From contig NC_058369.1 of assembly GCF_018350175.1 (NCBI RefSeq), positions 20,462,001 to 20,526,000 of the forward strand: DNA of 64,000 nucleotides, written 5' to 3'. Positions 53,062 through 64,000 of the stretch are shown here, one piece after another. The position numbers and the translations under genes are program-made. The stretch is from Felis catus. Lineage: Eukaryota. Numbering within the stretch: the stretch's first letter is position 1; the number at the start of each line of letters is the position of its first letter. Below the pieces are notes generated by a model. It was not told the origin of the DNA, made no database searches, and saw nothing but the letters and a program-made list of their open reading frames with translations.

Positions 53062-53860
53062 TTTAGGGTTTTTAACATATGAGATCATGACATCTGCAAA
53101 CAGATCATTTTACTTTTTTCTTTTGGATTTAGAGTTTTTAAAATTTTTCTTGCTTAATTGCTCTGAGTAAGACTTCTGGTACTATGTTGAATAGAAGAGA
53201 TAAGAGTGGACACCCATTCCCTGCTCCAAATCTTAGAGGAAAAACTTTCACCTTTTCACCACTGAGTATGATTTCACCACTGAGTATGCTATTAACTTTG
53301 GGCTTTCCGTAAATGTCCTTTATTATGTTCCTTCTAAATAAGTGTCTTTTTTTTTTTAATGTTTATTTATGTTTGAGAAAGAATAGGGGAGGGACAGAGA
53401 GAGATGGAGATAGAGAAGCCCATGCAGGGCTTGAACTCATGAACCTGAGCATAGGTTGCTTAACTGACTGAGCTGTCTGCGTACCCCTGACGTAAGTTCC
53501 TTCGATACCTAATTTGTTGAGAGTTGTGGTTTTGTTTTAATCACAAAAGGGTGTTGAATTTTGTCAAATGTTCTTCTGCATCTTGAGATGATCATGTGAT
53601 TTTTATCCTTCGTTCTGTTAATGTGGTATCTCACACTGATTCATTTGCGTTTGTTGGGATCTTTTTGTTTGTTTTGTTTTTTTTATTTGAGAGAGAGAGA
53701 GAATGGGAGTGGAGGAGAGGGGCAGCAGAAAGAGAGAGTGTATCTTAAATAGGCTTCACAGCGGGGGGCCTGACATGGGGCTTGATCCCATGACCCTGGG
53801 ATCATGACTTGAGCCAAAATCAAGAGTCACATGCTTAACCGATTGAGCCCCCAGGTCCCT
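49610..53860. mobile_element. Six CAN-SINEs embedded in L1: about 49610-49817 (-), 50642-50852 (+), 51361-51555 (-), 52721-52935 (+), 53347-53488 (-), 53660-53859 (-)
   Basis: Recognisable SINE heads, bodies and tails; boundaries approximate. Confidence 0.9.
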
Positions 53861-54178
53861 GGGATCTTTGTATTCTAGGGATAAATCCTACTTTCACTTT
53901 GTATGATCCTTTTAATGAGCTAATAAATTTGGTTTGCTAGTATTTTCTTGAGGGATTTTGCATCTATATTCATCAAGAATATTGGCCTGAAGATTTCTTT
54001 TCTTGTGGTGTTTTTGACTTTTGTATCAGGGTAGTGTTGGCCTCATAAAATGAATTTGAAGTGTTCTCTCTTCTTCTAATTTGTAGGAGTTTGGGGACTG
54101 TTTTTAATTTTTCTTTAAATGTTTGGTAGAATTCACCCATGAAGCTATCTGGTCCTAGACTTTTATTTGTTGAGAGTG

Positions 54179-55051
54179 GGTTTTTTTTTTCAAAATTTTA
54201 TTTAAATTCTAGTTAGTTAACATAGAGTGCAGTATTGGTTTTAAGAGTAGAATTCAGTGGTTCATCACTTACATACAACACCCGGTGCTCATCAGAACAG
54301 TTGCCCTCCTTAATACCCATCACCCATGTATCCCATCCCCCACCCATCTCTCTCCATCAGCCCTTAGTTTGTTCTCCATCCATAAGAGTCTCTTACAGTT
54401 TGTTTCCCTCTTTTTTGTCCCCCATTCTGTATGTTCATCTGTTTTGTTTCTTAAATTGCACATATGAGTGAAATCATATGGTATTGTTTTTCTCTGACTG
54501 ACTTATTTCACTTAGCATAATACATTCTAGCTCCACCCACATCATCACAAATGGCAAGATTTCATTCATTTTGATGGCTGAGTAATATTCGATTGCATAT
54601 ATGCCACTTATTCTTTATCCATTTATTAGTCAGTGGACATTTGGGTTCTTTCCATAGATTAGCTATTTTTGATAATGCTGCTACAAACATCGGGATCCAT
54701 GTACACCTTTGAATCTGTATTTTTGTGTCCTTTGAGTAAATACCTAGTAGTGTAATTGCTAGATCTAAGATAGTTATATTTTTAACTTTTTGAGGAACCT
54801 CCATATTGTTTTCCAGAGTGGCTGCACCAGTTTGCATTCCTACCAACAGTGCAAGAGGGTTTCCCTTTCTCCACATCCTTGCCAACACTTGTTTCCTGTG
54901 TTAATTTTAGCCATTCTGACAGGTGTGAGGTGGTCTCTCATTGTGATTTTGATTTGTATTTCCCTGATGATGAGTGATGTTGAGCATCTTTTCATGTGTC
55001 TGTTAGCCATCTGGATGTCTTCTTTGGAAAAATGTGTATTCATGTCTTCTG
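54179..55051 (-). mobile_element. 5'-truncated younger carnivore L1 inserted into an older L1 ORF2
   Basis: Poly-T tail, 3' UTR and ORF2 C-terminus; TSD ttgttgagagtg (54167-54178) / ttgttgggagtg (55052-55063). Confidence 0.88.
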
Positions 55052-55464
55052 TTGTTGGGAGTGTTTTGATTGCTGCTCTAGCCTTCCTTTTTGTTATTGG
55101 TCTGTCCAGGTTTTCTGTTTCTTGATTCAGTCTTGATAGATGATGTGTTTCTAGGAATTTTTTGACTTCTGCTGCATTGCCCAGTTTGTTGGCATATAGT
55201 TTTTCATAATAGTCCCTTATGATTCTTTTTATTTCTGTAGCATCAATTGTAAAGTTTCCTCTTTTACTCACAATTTTATTTATTTGAATCTTCTCTCTTT
55301 TTCTTAGTCCATCAACCCTTAATTTCATCAATGTTTAAATTGTTTTTGTATTCTCTGTTTCATTTATTTCTGCTTTATTTTTTTCTTTCTACCGATTTGG
55401 GGTTTAGTTTGTTCTTTTTCTAGTTCTTTGCGGTATAAAGTTAGGTTGTTTGAAATCTTCTATT

Positions 55465-58400
55465 TTTATTTACTTATTTATTTTTATTTTTTAAGTAGGC
55501 TTTGTGCCCAGTGTCGGGCTTGAACTCACAACTGTGAGATCAAAAGTCAGATACTGTACCCACTGAGCCAGGCAGGCGCCCCTGAAATCTTCTATTTTAG
55601 ATAGACATTTGTTGCTATGAATTTCCTTTGTATAACTGCTTTTGCTACATCTTACAAGTTTTGGTATAAGGTATTTTCACTTTTGTTTGTTTATGAATAT
55701 ATTTTCTAATTTCCTTTTCTATTTCTTCTTTGGCTCAACGGCTAAGAGTTTGTTGTTTAATTTCTATGTATTCGTGAATTTCCCCCTTTTCTTTCTGTTA
55801 TTGATTTCTATTTTCATTGCATTGTGATTAGAAAAGATACTTGGAATGACTTCACTCTTCTTAAGTTTATTAAGATTTGTTTTGTGACCTAGCATATGAT
55901 CTATCCTGGAGAAAAAAATGTGCCCTTGAGAAAAATGAATATGCTGCTGCTGTTGGGGGGGAATGTTTTACATAGGCCTGTTAGAGCCATTTGGTCTATA
56001 GTGTTGTTCAGTTCTGTTTCCTTATTGATTTTCTGTCTGGATGATTTATCCATTACTGAGAGTGGGGTATTAAAGTCTCCTACTATTTTATTGTATTGGT
56101 GTGTATTTCTCCATTTATATCTGCCAGCATTGGCTCTGTATACTTAGGTGCTTTGATGTTGAGTGTACGCATATTTCAAGCTGTTATATATTCTTGTTGC
56201 ATTGACCCTTTAATCATTATACAATAACCTTCTTTGCTGCTCTCTTGGTTCCCATTTGCATGTAATATCTTCCTCTATCCCTTCACGTGTAGCCTATGTG
56301 TGTCCTTAAATCTAAGGTGACTTGTAGACAGCATGTTGTTTGGTTTTGTTTTTATTTCTTATCTTATTTTTTTAAAGGATTTCCTTTTTTTTTTTTAATT
56401 AATTTGTTTATTTTGAGGGGGTTAGGGGCAGAGAGAGAGGGAGAGAGAGAATCCCAAGCAGGCTCTGCTCTGTCAGTGTGGAACCTGACACAAGGCTCAA
56501 ACTCACTAACTGAACCTTAAGATAATGACCTGAGCCAAAATCAAGAGTTGGATGCTCAGCGATTGACCCACCCAGGTGCCCCAACTTTGTTTTTAAATCC
56601 ATTCTTCCGTGCTTCTCGACCTTTTGGCTAAGATCAAGTGTAAATCCATTCATCCACAATGTGTCTTTTGATTGGATTGTTTAGTCTATTTACATTTGAA
56701 GTAATTATTGATAGGTAAGGACTTACTCTTGCCATTTTGTTAATTGTTTTATGTCTTTTTTGTAGCTCTCTTATTCCTATCTTACTCTCTTATTGTCTTT
56801 ATTGTGATTTGAAGGGATTTTTTTGTGGTGATATGCTTTGATTCTTTTCTCTTTATCTTTTGTGTACCTACTTTGGGTTATTTCCTTTGTGCTTACTGTG
56901 AGGTTTACATAAAACAATTTATAGGTATGTTAGTCTATTTTAAGGGGTAACAACTTAACTTTAATCATATATAAAAACTCTACATGTTATCCCCAGTGAT
57001 GTCAGATTTTACCTTTAAAATTTTTTTTAATGTTTATTTTTGAGAGAGAGAGAGCGCGCGCGTGCACATGTGAGTAGGGAAGAGGCAGAGGGAGAGGGAG
57101 ACACAGAATCTGAAGCAGGTTCCAGGCTCTGAGCTGTCAGCACAGAGCCCAATGCGGGGCTCAAACCCACAAACTGTGAGATCATGACCTGAGCCCAAGT
57201 CTGCCGCTTAAGCGACTGAGCCACCCAGGTGCCCCAGATTTTACTTTTCTAAAAATTTGTGCTTTCATTAACAACTTTGTTTGTAGTTATTCTTTTAAAA
57301 AATTTTTTTTTAAAAATTTATCCTTGAGAGAGAGACAGAGTGTGAGTGGGGGAGGTGCAGAGAGAGAGGGAGACACAGAATCTGAAGTAGGCTCCAGGCT
57401 CTGAGCTGCCAGCACAGAGCCTGGTGCAGGGCTCGAACCCACGAACTGTGAGATCATGCCTGGAGCTGAAGTCAGACACCTAACTGACTGAGTCACTCAG
57501 GCGCCCGTTTATAGTTATTCTTAATACTTCTGTACTTTAATTTTTACACCAGTGTTAAAAGTGATTTACATTACCATTACAGTATGACAGTATTCTGTAT
57601 TTGTCTTTATGCTTACTTTTACTAGTAGGATTTATACTTTCATATGCTTTCATGTTCCTGTTTAATGTCTTTTCATTTCAATTTAAAGAACTCTTGTTGG
57701 TACTTCTCATAAGGCATGTCTAATGGTGAAAAACTCCCTCAGGTTTTGTTGGTCTGGGGCAGTCTTTATTTTTACCTCATTCTTGAGGGACAGTTTTGCT
57801 GAATATAGTATTGCTGGTTGACATTTTTGTCCCCTTTCTGTTTGAGATCTTTCTCTTTTTTTTCATTTTTTAAATTGTTTTTATTTATTTTTGAGAGTGA
57901 GAGAGAGAGAGAGCACAAGTGGGGAAGGGGCATAGAGAAAAAGAGACACAGAATTTGAAGCAGGCTCCAGGCTCTGAGCTGTTAGCACAGAGTCCAATGC
58001 AAGGCTTGAACCCACGAACCATGAGATCACAGCCTGAGCCGAAGTCGGAAGCTTAACTGACTGAGTTACCCAGGCACCCCGAGATCTCTCTTTTTAATAT
58101 AGACATTTTAAAATAGTAATAGTACAGCCATTACAGCTCTTTTGTTTACTGTTTGCATGGAATCTATCTTTCCATCCTTTTACTTTCTTTTTTTTTTTTT
58201 AATGCTTATTTATTTTTGAGAGAGACAGAGACAGAGTGTGAGTGGGGGAGGGGCAGAGAGAAAGGGAGACAGAATCCAGAGCAGCCTTCAGGCTCTGAGT
58301 AAGCTGTCAGCACAGAGCCTGACGTAGGGCTTGAACTCACAAACTGTGAGATCATGACTTGAGCCGAAGTCAGATGCTTAACCAACTGAGCCACCCAAGC

Positions 58401-59587
58401 ACCCCTCATCCTTTTACTTTCAACCTTTCTGTGTCTTTGAATCTAAAGTCTCTTAGGGGCTCTTTAAAAATATCCCACTCCCTTCTCATCTCCCTGATTT
58501 CTAATGAGAAATCCATTAATTTTACTAAGTCTCTTATGCATGATGAATTTTTCTTTGGCTAATGTCAAGATTCTCTTTTTGTCATTGGCCTTAGACACTT
58601 TAATTATAAAGTGCCTCAGTGTGGGTTTCTTTATGTTTATCCTTCTTGGAGTTCATTGAACTTTTAGGATATTTAGATTATTGTATTTTATTAAATGTGA
58701 GATGTTTTCAGGCACTGTGTCTTCACATATTCTGTCTGTCCCTTACTCTCTGTCCTCTTAATCTGGGATTCCCATTATGCATATTTTAGTACTTTTGATG
58801 GTGTCTCGCTCTCCTAAGCTCTGTTCCTCTTTCTTCATTCTTCTTTTATTTATTCTCCTCAGACTGGATTGTCCTATCTTCAAGTTCACTGATTCTTTCT
58901 TCTGCCTGCTGAAATCTGCTGAAAACTACCTTTTAGTAGTTTTCATTTTGGTTACTGTACATTTCAACTCTACATTTTCTATTTGGTACCTTTTTATAAT
59001 TTATTTTTCTTTATCAATATTCTCTATTTGTTCATACATTGTTGTCCCAGTTTCCTTTAACTCTTTGTCTCTGATATCCTGTAGCTTTTTGAGAATATGT
59101 AGGACCATTGATTTAGATTCTTTTTCTGGTAGACTCAATGTCTGTGCTTCCTCAGGGACAATTTCTGGTCATTTCTCCTGTGAATGTGTCATACTTTCCT
59201 GTTTCTTCACATGTTTTGTAACTTTTTGTTGAAAACTGGACATTTTGATTATAATGTGGCAACTCTGGAAGTCAGAATCTTCTCTCTTCCCAAGTTGTGT
59301 TTTTGTGGCTTGTTGTGGGCTATGGTTGTTTGGTTAGTGACTTTTCTGAATTATTATTTTAAGTCTGTGTTCTTTTTTAAATGTTTATGTATTTTTGGGA
59401 GAAAGAGAGTGTGTGTGTGTGCATGCATGTGTATGGAGTAGGGGCAAAGAGAGAAGAGGACAGAGGATCCAAAGTGGGCTCCATGCTGACAGCAGTGAAC
59501 CCAACACGGGGCTTGAACCCATGAACCATATGATCATGACCTGAGCCAAAGTTGGATGCTCAACCGACTTAGCCACCCAAGCTCCCC
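55465..59587 (-). mobile_element. Seven minus-strand CAN-SINEs embedded in L1: about 55465-55583, 56385-56582, 57021-57235, 57301-57506, 57856-58080, 58188-58405, 59374-59587
   Basis: Recognisable SINE text; boundaries approximate. Confidence 0.9.
56611..56642 (+). pseudogene. RNU2: 3'-truncated (tailless) U2 snRNA retrocopy, U2 nt ~4-35
   Basis: gcttctcgaccttttggctaagatcaagtgta is 31/32 identical to the U2 5' end; flanked by direct repeats aaatccattc(t/a)tcc. Confidence 0.92.
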
Positions 59588-62500
59588 AAGTCTATGTTCT
59601 TTGTAATGTGTGGTCTCTGAAGTCTGTCTTCCTTTACCTGTGTTCAGCTAGTGATTTATTGGAAAATTTCTTGAATTCCAGGAGAGAGAAGAAAAAAGAA
59701 CTCTCCTACTTTTTGCAAGTTGATTCTGCACTGGGACACTCCCTCAACACTTAGCCAGGCCATTTAGCCTGGCCATTTGCGTTAGTCTTTGCTTCCAGAC
59801 AGCTTAGGGATGAGACAGGGATGAAAGATTTAGGTCTTTGCAGGTGTCTTCTGAGCATAAGTCTTGCCCTGGTCATGAACATGGCTTTTTTAATTTCCCA
59901 GTACACACAGGCACTTTGAATGCCTTAATTTCTGAAGGAAACTACACCCAGATTTTCCCATGAGGCTTTTAGCACTCTGTTGTGTGCCTAATATATAATC
60001 TTTTCCCCCAAACAGCTGAGGTTGTTCATTTGCCTTACATTGTTCCAGGAACGCTTACTGCTTTTCCACCCCAGATGAGCTCTGAGATTGGCAAACCAAA
60101 GGCAGGTGCCTTGCATTAGTCCTTCAGGTAACACCTAGACAGATTAGACCAGCAAACATGATTCTGTGGTCTGCTCTGCTCTGGAATCAGTAACCAGGTC
60201 CCACACTGGGCTGCCATCTGCAAGACAGCCCTCATTCTGAAGAGGAGGGATGGGACAATGGCAAGTAAAAATTCCACAAAGTCTTCCTACTGTTTTTAAA
60301 TTGCCTTTTTCTTTAATCAGCATTCATTTGGTTGCTGTAAACTTTTGACTATTTTGTAGAGTTCTGACAAAGTTGGTTTTGATAGTTTTTGTTTGACTTT
60401 TTGATGTTTCTATGGAGGAATGGGCCTAGGAGCCATCCACTGTGTCATTTTCATGGATATCACTACATTCCTTTTTTTTTTTTCCTAGAAACTTTATTTT
60501 TAGCTTTTACATTTAGGACTTAGATCATACTAGTTGACCACAAATGGGTGAGACTGTTTCCAGATTCTATTTTGTTTCATTGATCTATTTATCTTAATAA
60601 ACACCACACTGTCTTAATTACTGTAGCTTTCTAGTAAGGCTTGAGGTCAGGTGAGGTAAGCTCTTCAATTTTATTTGATTTTTTTCAAGACTGTCTTGGC
60701 TGTTCTAGGTCCTTTGCTTTTCAACATAGGTTTTAGAATCAGCCTTTTAAGTTGCACAAAAACAATCTTCTGGAATTTTGTTTGGGATTGTATTGAATAT
60801 ATAGATCAATTTGTGGGAAACTGTAATCTTAGCAATATTGTCACTCAATTCATGAATATGGCATATTTTTTCATTTATTTCAGTCTTCTTTAATTTCTCT
60901 CAGCAATGTTGTGTAGTTTTCAGCATGGAAATCTTCTATTTCTGTTTCTTAGGCATTTGATTTTTTTTTTTTTGATGCTGTTGGAAATGCTTATTTAAGT
61001 TTAATTTCATTTTCCAGTTTTTTGTTAGTTATAATTTACTTTTTTACTGTGGTAAAATATACATGACATAAAATTTGCCCTTTTAACTATTTTTAAGAGA
61101 ATGTTTCTATGGGATTAAATATATTCATGCTGTTATGTAACCATCACCACCATCCATCTTTTTCATCTTCTCCACGTGACTCTGTATCCATTAAACACTG
61201 ATTTCCCATTCCCTCCTCCCCCTCCCCCTGGCAGACACCATTCTACTTTCTGTCTCTATGAATTTGGCTACTCTTGAAGTTTCATATAAGAGGAATCATA
61301 ATAGTATTTGCTCTTTTGTGACTGGCTTATTTCATTTAGCATTATGTTCTCAGGATTCATTCATATTATAAAATATGTTGATGTTTCCTTCTTTTTGAGG
61401 GCAGAATAACATTCCATATGTGCTCATTTTGTTTATGCATTCATCTATCAATGGACACTTGGGTTGCTTCTACCTTTTGGTTATTGTGAATATGTTGCTA
61501 TAACCATGGGTCATACTATCTGTTGAATTTCTCCTTTCACTTCTTTTGGGTGTATACCCAGAACTGGACTTGCTGGGTCACATGGTAATTCCATTTTTAA
61601 TATTTTGAGAATTGCCATACAAGTTTCTACAATAGCTGTACCATTTTGCATTCCTACCAGCAATGCACAGACTTTTCAATTTCTCCACATCCTTGCCAAC
61701 ACTTGCTATTTTGGGTTTTTTTGTTTGTTGGTTTTTTTCGGAAAAGTCTTCATATCCTAATGTATACAAAGTGATATCTTATCATGGTTTTGATTTGCAT
61801 TTCCCTAATGATTAGTGATGCTGCACATCTTTTCATGTGCTTGTTGGCCATTTATATACCTTCTTTGGACAATTGATTTTTGTATATTGACATTATATCC
61901 CATGACTGTACTAAACTCACATATTCGAGTAGGTGTTCAAGTAGATACTTAATGACTTTCTATGTATACAATCAAGCTGTTTACAAATGCAGACAGCTTT
62001 AGTACTTTTGTTCTAGTCATTATGCCTCTTATTTTTTATATTAACAGCCTTTCATTTTAAAGCAGTTTTAGGTTTATGGAAAAATTGAGCAGAAAATAGA
62101 GGTCCCATGGGCTCCCTGCTCCTCATCCTGCTGCACACAGTTTAGCTTATTATTAACATCTTGCATTAGCGTGGTACATTTATTACAATTGACAAACCAG
62201 TATTGCTGCATTATTATTAACTAAAGCCCATGGTTTACATCAGAGCTCACTTTGTGTTTTGTAGTTCTCTGGTTTTTGACAAATACATAATTTATGTGTC
62301 TGCATTTATAGTATCATACAGAATAAAATGCTCCTATGGTTTCACCTGTTCATCCCTCATTCCCTCCACCAGACACCTGCCAACCATTTACTGTCTCCAT
62401 AGTTTGCCTTTTCCAGAATGTCATATAGTTGGAATCATGCAATATGTTACCTTTTCAGATTTAAGTTCAAAATTCCTCCATGTCTTTCTGTGGCTTGACA

Positions 62501-64000
62501 GCTTGTTTCTTCACTAAATATTCCATTGTGGTATGGATGTACCGCAGTAAGTTTATCAGTTACCCATTGGAAAGTCTTCTTGGTTGCCTTCAACTTTTGA
62601 CAATTGTGAATACAACTGCTATAAACATTCATATGCAGATTTTTGTGTAGACATAAGTGTTCAACTCACTTGAGTAAATACAAAGAAGCTGAATTGCTGG
62701 ATCATATAGGGAGCCTATGTTTGGTTCTGTATTAAACCACCAAACTGTCCTCCAGAGTGGGTGTGCCATTTAGCATTCCCACCAGCATTGAATAAGCATT
62801 CCTGTTGCTCCACATCTTAGCCAGCATTTGGTGTTGTCAGTGTTTTGGATTTTTGACTTCCTAATAGATGTGTAGGGTTATTTCATTATTGTTTTAATTT
62901 TCAATTCTTTAATAATGTATTATGTTGAATATATTTTCATATGCTAGTTTGCCATCCGTACCTCTTTTCTGGTGAAGTGTCTGCTTGGTCTTTTCTTCAT
63001 TTTTAATGAGTTGTTCATTTTCTTATTATTAAGTTTTCAGGGTTATTTGTACATTTTAGATAACAAATCTTTATCAACTGTCTTTTGCAAACATTTTCTT
63101 CCAGTTTGTGGTTTCTTTTCTTATGTCTCATAACCACTGTCTTTTGCAGAACAGAAGCTTTTATTTTAATGAGGTCCAGCTTATCAATTCTTTCATGGCT
63201 CTCGGAGTATTATACTTCTGTGATCCATTTTGAGTTAATTTTGTAAAAAGTGTAAGGTCTGTGTCTAGCTTCACCTTTTTTGCATGTGGATGTTGTTTTT
63301 TAACATCATTCATTGAAAAAAAACCTTTCCATTGGATTGCCTTTGCTCCATTTTCAAAGTTCAGTTGACTATATTTGTGTGAGTCTATTTCTGGGCTCTC
63401 TCTTCTGTTCCATTGATCTATTCTTTCAACAATACTGCACTATCTTAATTACTGTATCTGTACTGCAAATCTTGTAATTGCACTGCGCCATCTCATTTTG
63501 GGTTTGCCATGTGGGACAGAGAGAAGCAGAAGACAAGACAGGATGGAGGCCCTGAATGGTGGAATCAGAACTGAGATTGGAGATGTATCAGGTGAGGGGC
63601 TTGAGAGCATGGGGTGAGCATCCTGGGAGCAAGAATGAAATGCCATCTGGGAATCCTTTTTCAGAGCTGCAAGGGACCAGTAGGAGATGGGCCCTTACTT
63701 GCTGAACTATCTTCTTAGGGGCCTAGTATGCTGGGCCAGTCTGAAGGTCAGTATATTTCTTTGTTGATCAGGCCTAGGGCAATATCTCTTGGGGACACAA
63801 TGTCACTTGGGGAAAGAGCAAGAATGGGGATACAAAGTCCCCCAGAGTGTGCTCAGGACCACTCCTGCCCCAAGGCTACAAGCGTCTCCCCCTCCCCCCC
63901 ATCCCTACTTCTAGTGTTTCAGTGTATTCTCAGGGAGAGTTCCTTCTCCAGCTCAATTCTCAATGATGATGGGGAAGAGAAGGGAAGTTCTGTGATGTTC

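Larger units (their letters stand above)
45320..63480 (-). mobile_element. Stack of nested, degraded LINE-1 elements of several ages (3' UTRs, ORF2, ORF1/5' remnants); none intact
   Basis: Minus-strand ORF remnants match L1 ORF2 ([46 protein letters not shown] antisense text, LEDIMLSEISQ); many stops and frameshifts. Confidence 0.95.

Noticed and set aside
54840..55331. 163-aa ORF joining mid-ORF2 to the C-terminal region of L1 ORF2
   Set aside because: Chance in-frame junction from a truncated L1 inserted in an older L1; the TSD is visible
41900..64000. IQCF-family genes expected downstream from human synteny
   Set aside because: No IQ-motif coding exon is recognisable in the window

Overview
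Mammalian genomic DNA from a feliform carnivore, most likely a cat (abundant tRNA-derived CAN-SINEs of the SINEC_Fc type). The GC-rich left two thirds hold the last three coding exons of TEX264 (ER-phagy receptor, + strand) and, about 2.8 kb downstream, a complete intact GRM2 gene (mGlu2; 5 coding exons, 2619 nt, 872 aa, + strand). From about 41.9 kb the sequence becomes an AT-rich stack of nested, almost entirely minus-strand LINE-1 fragments and SINEs. I found no new protein-coding system. The best second-look signals are an expanded-spacer REST site in the GRM2 promoter, an orphan CpG-rich promoter-like island at the edge of the L1 stack, a tailless U2 snRNA retrocopy with TSDs, a near-abutting inverted pair of young SINEs, a palindromic MER53, a duplicated branch point in TEX264 and about five-level retroelement nesting. 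Repeat subfamily names and human comparisons are from memory, not database searches.
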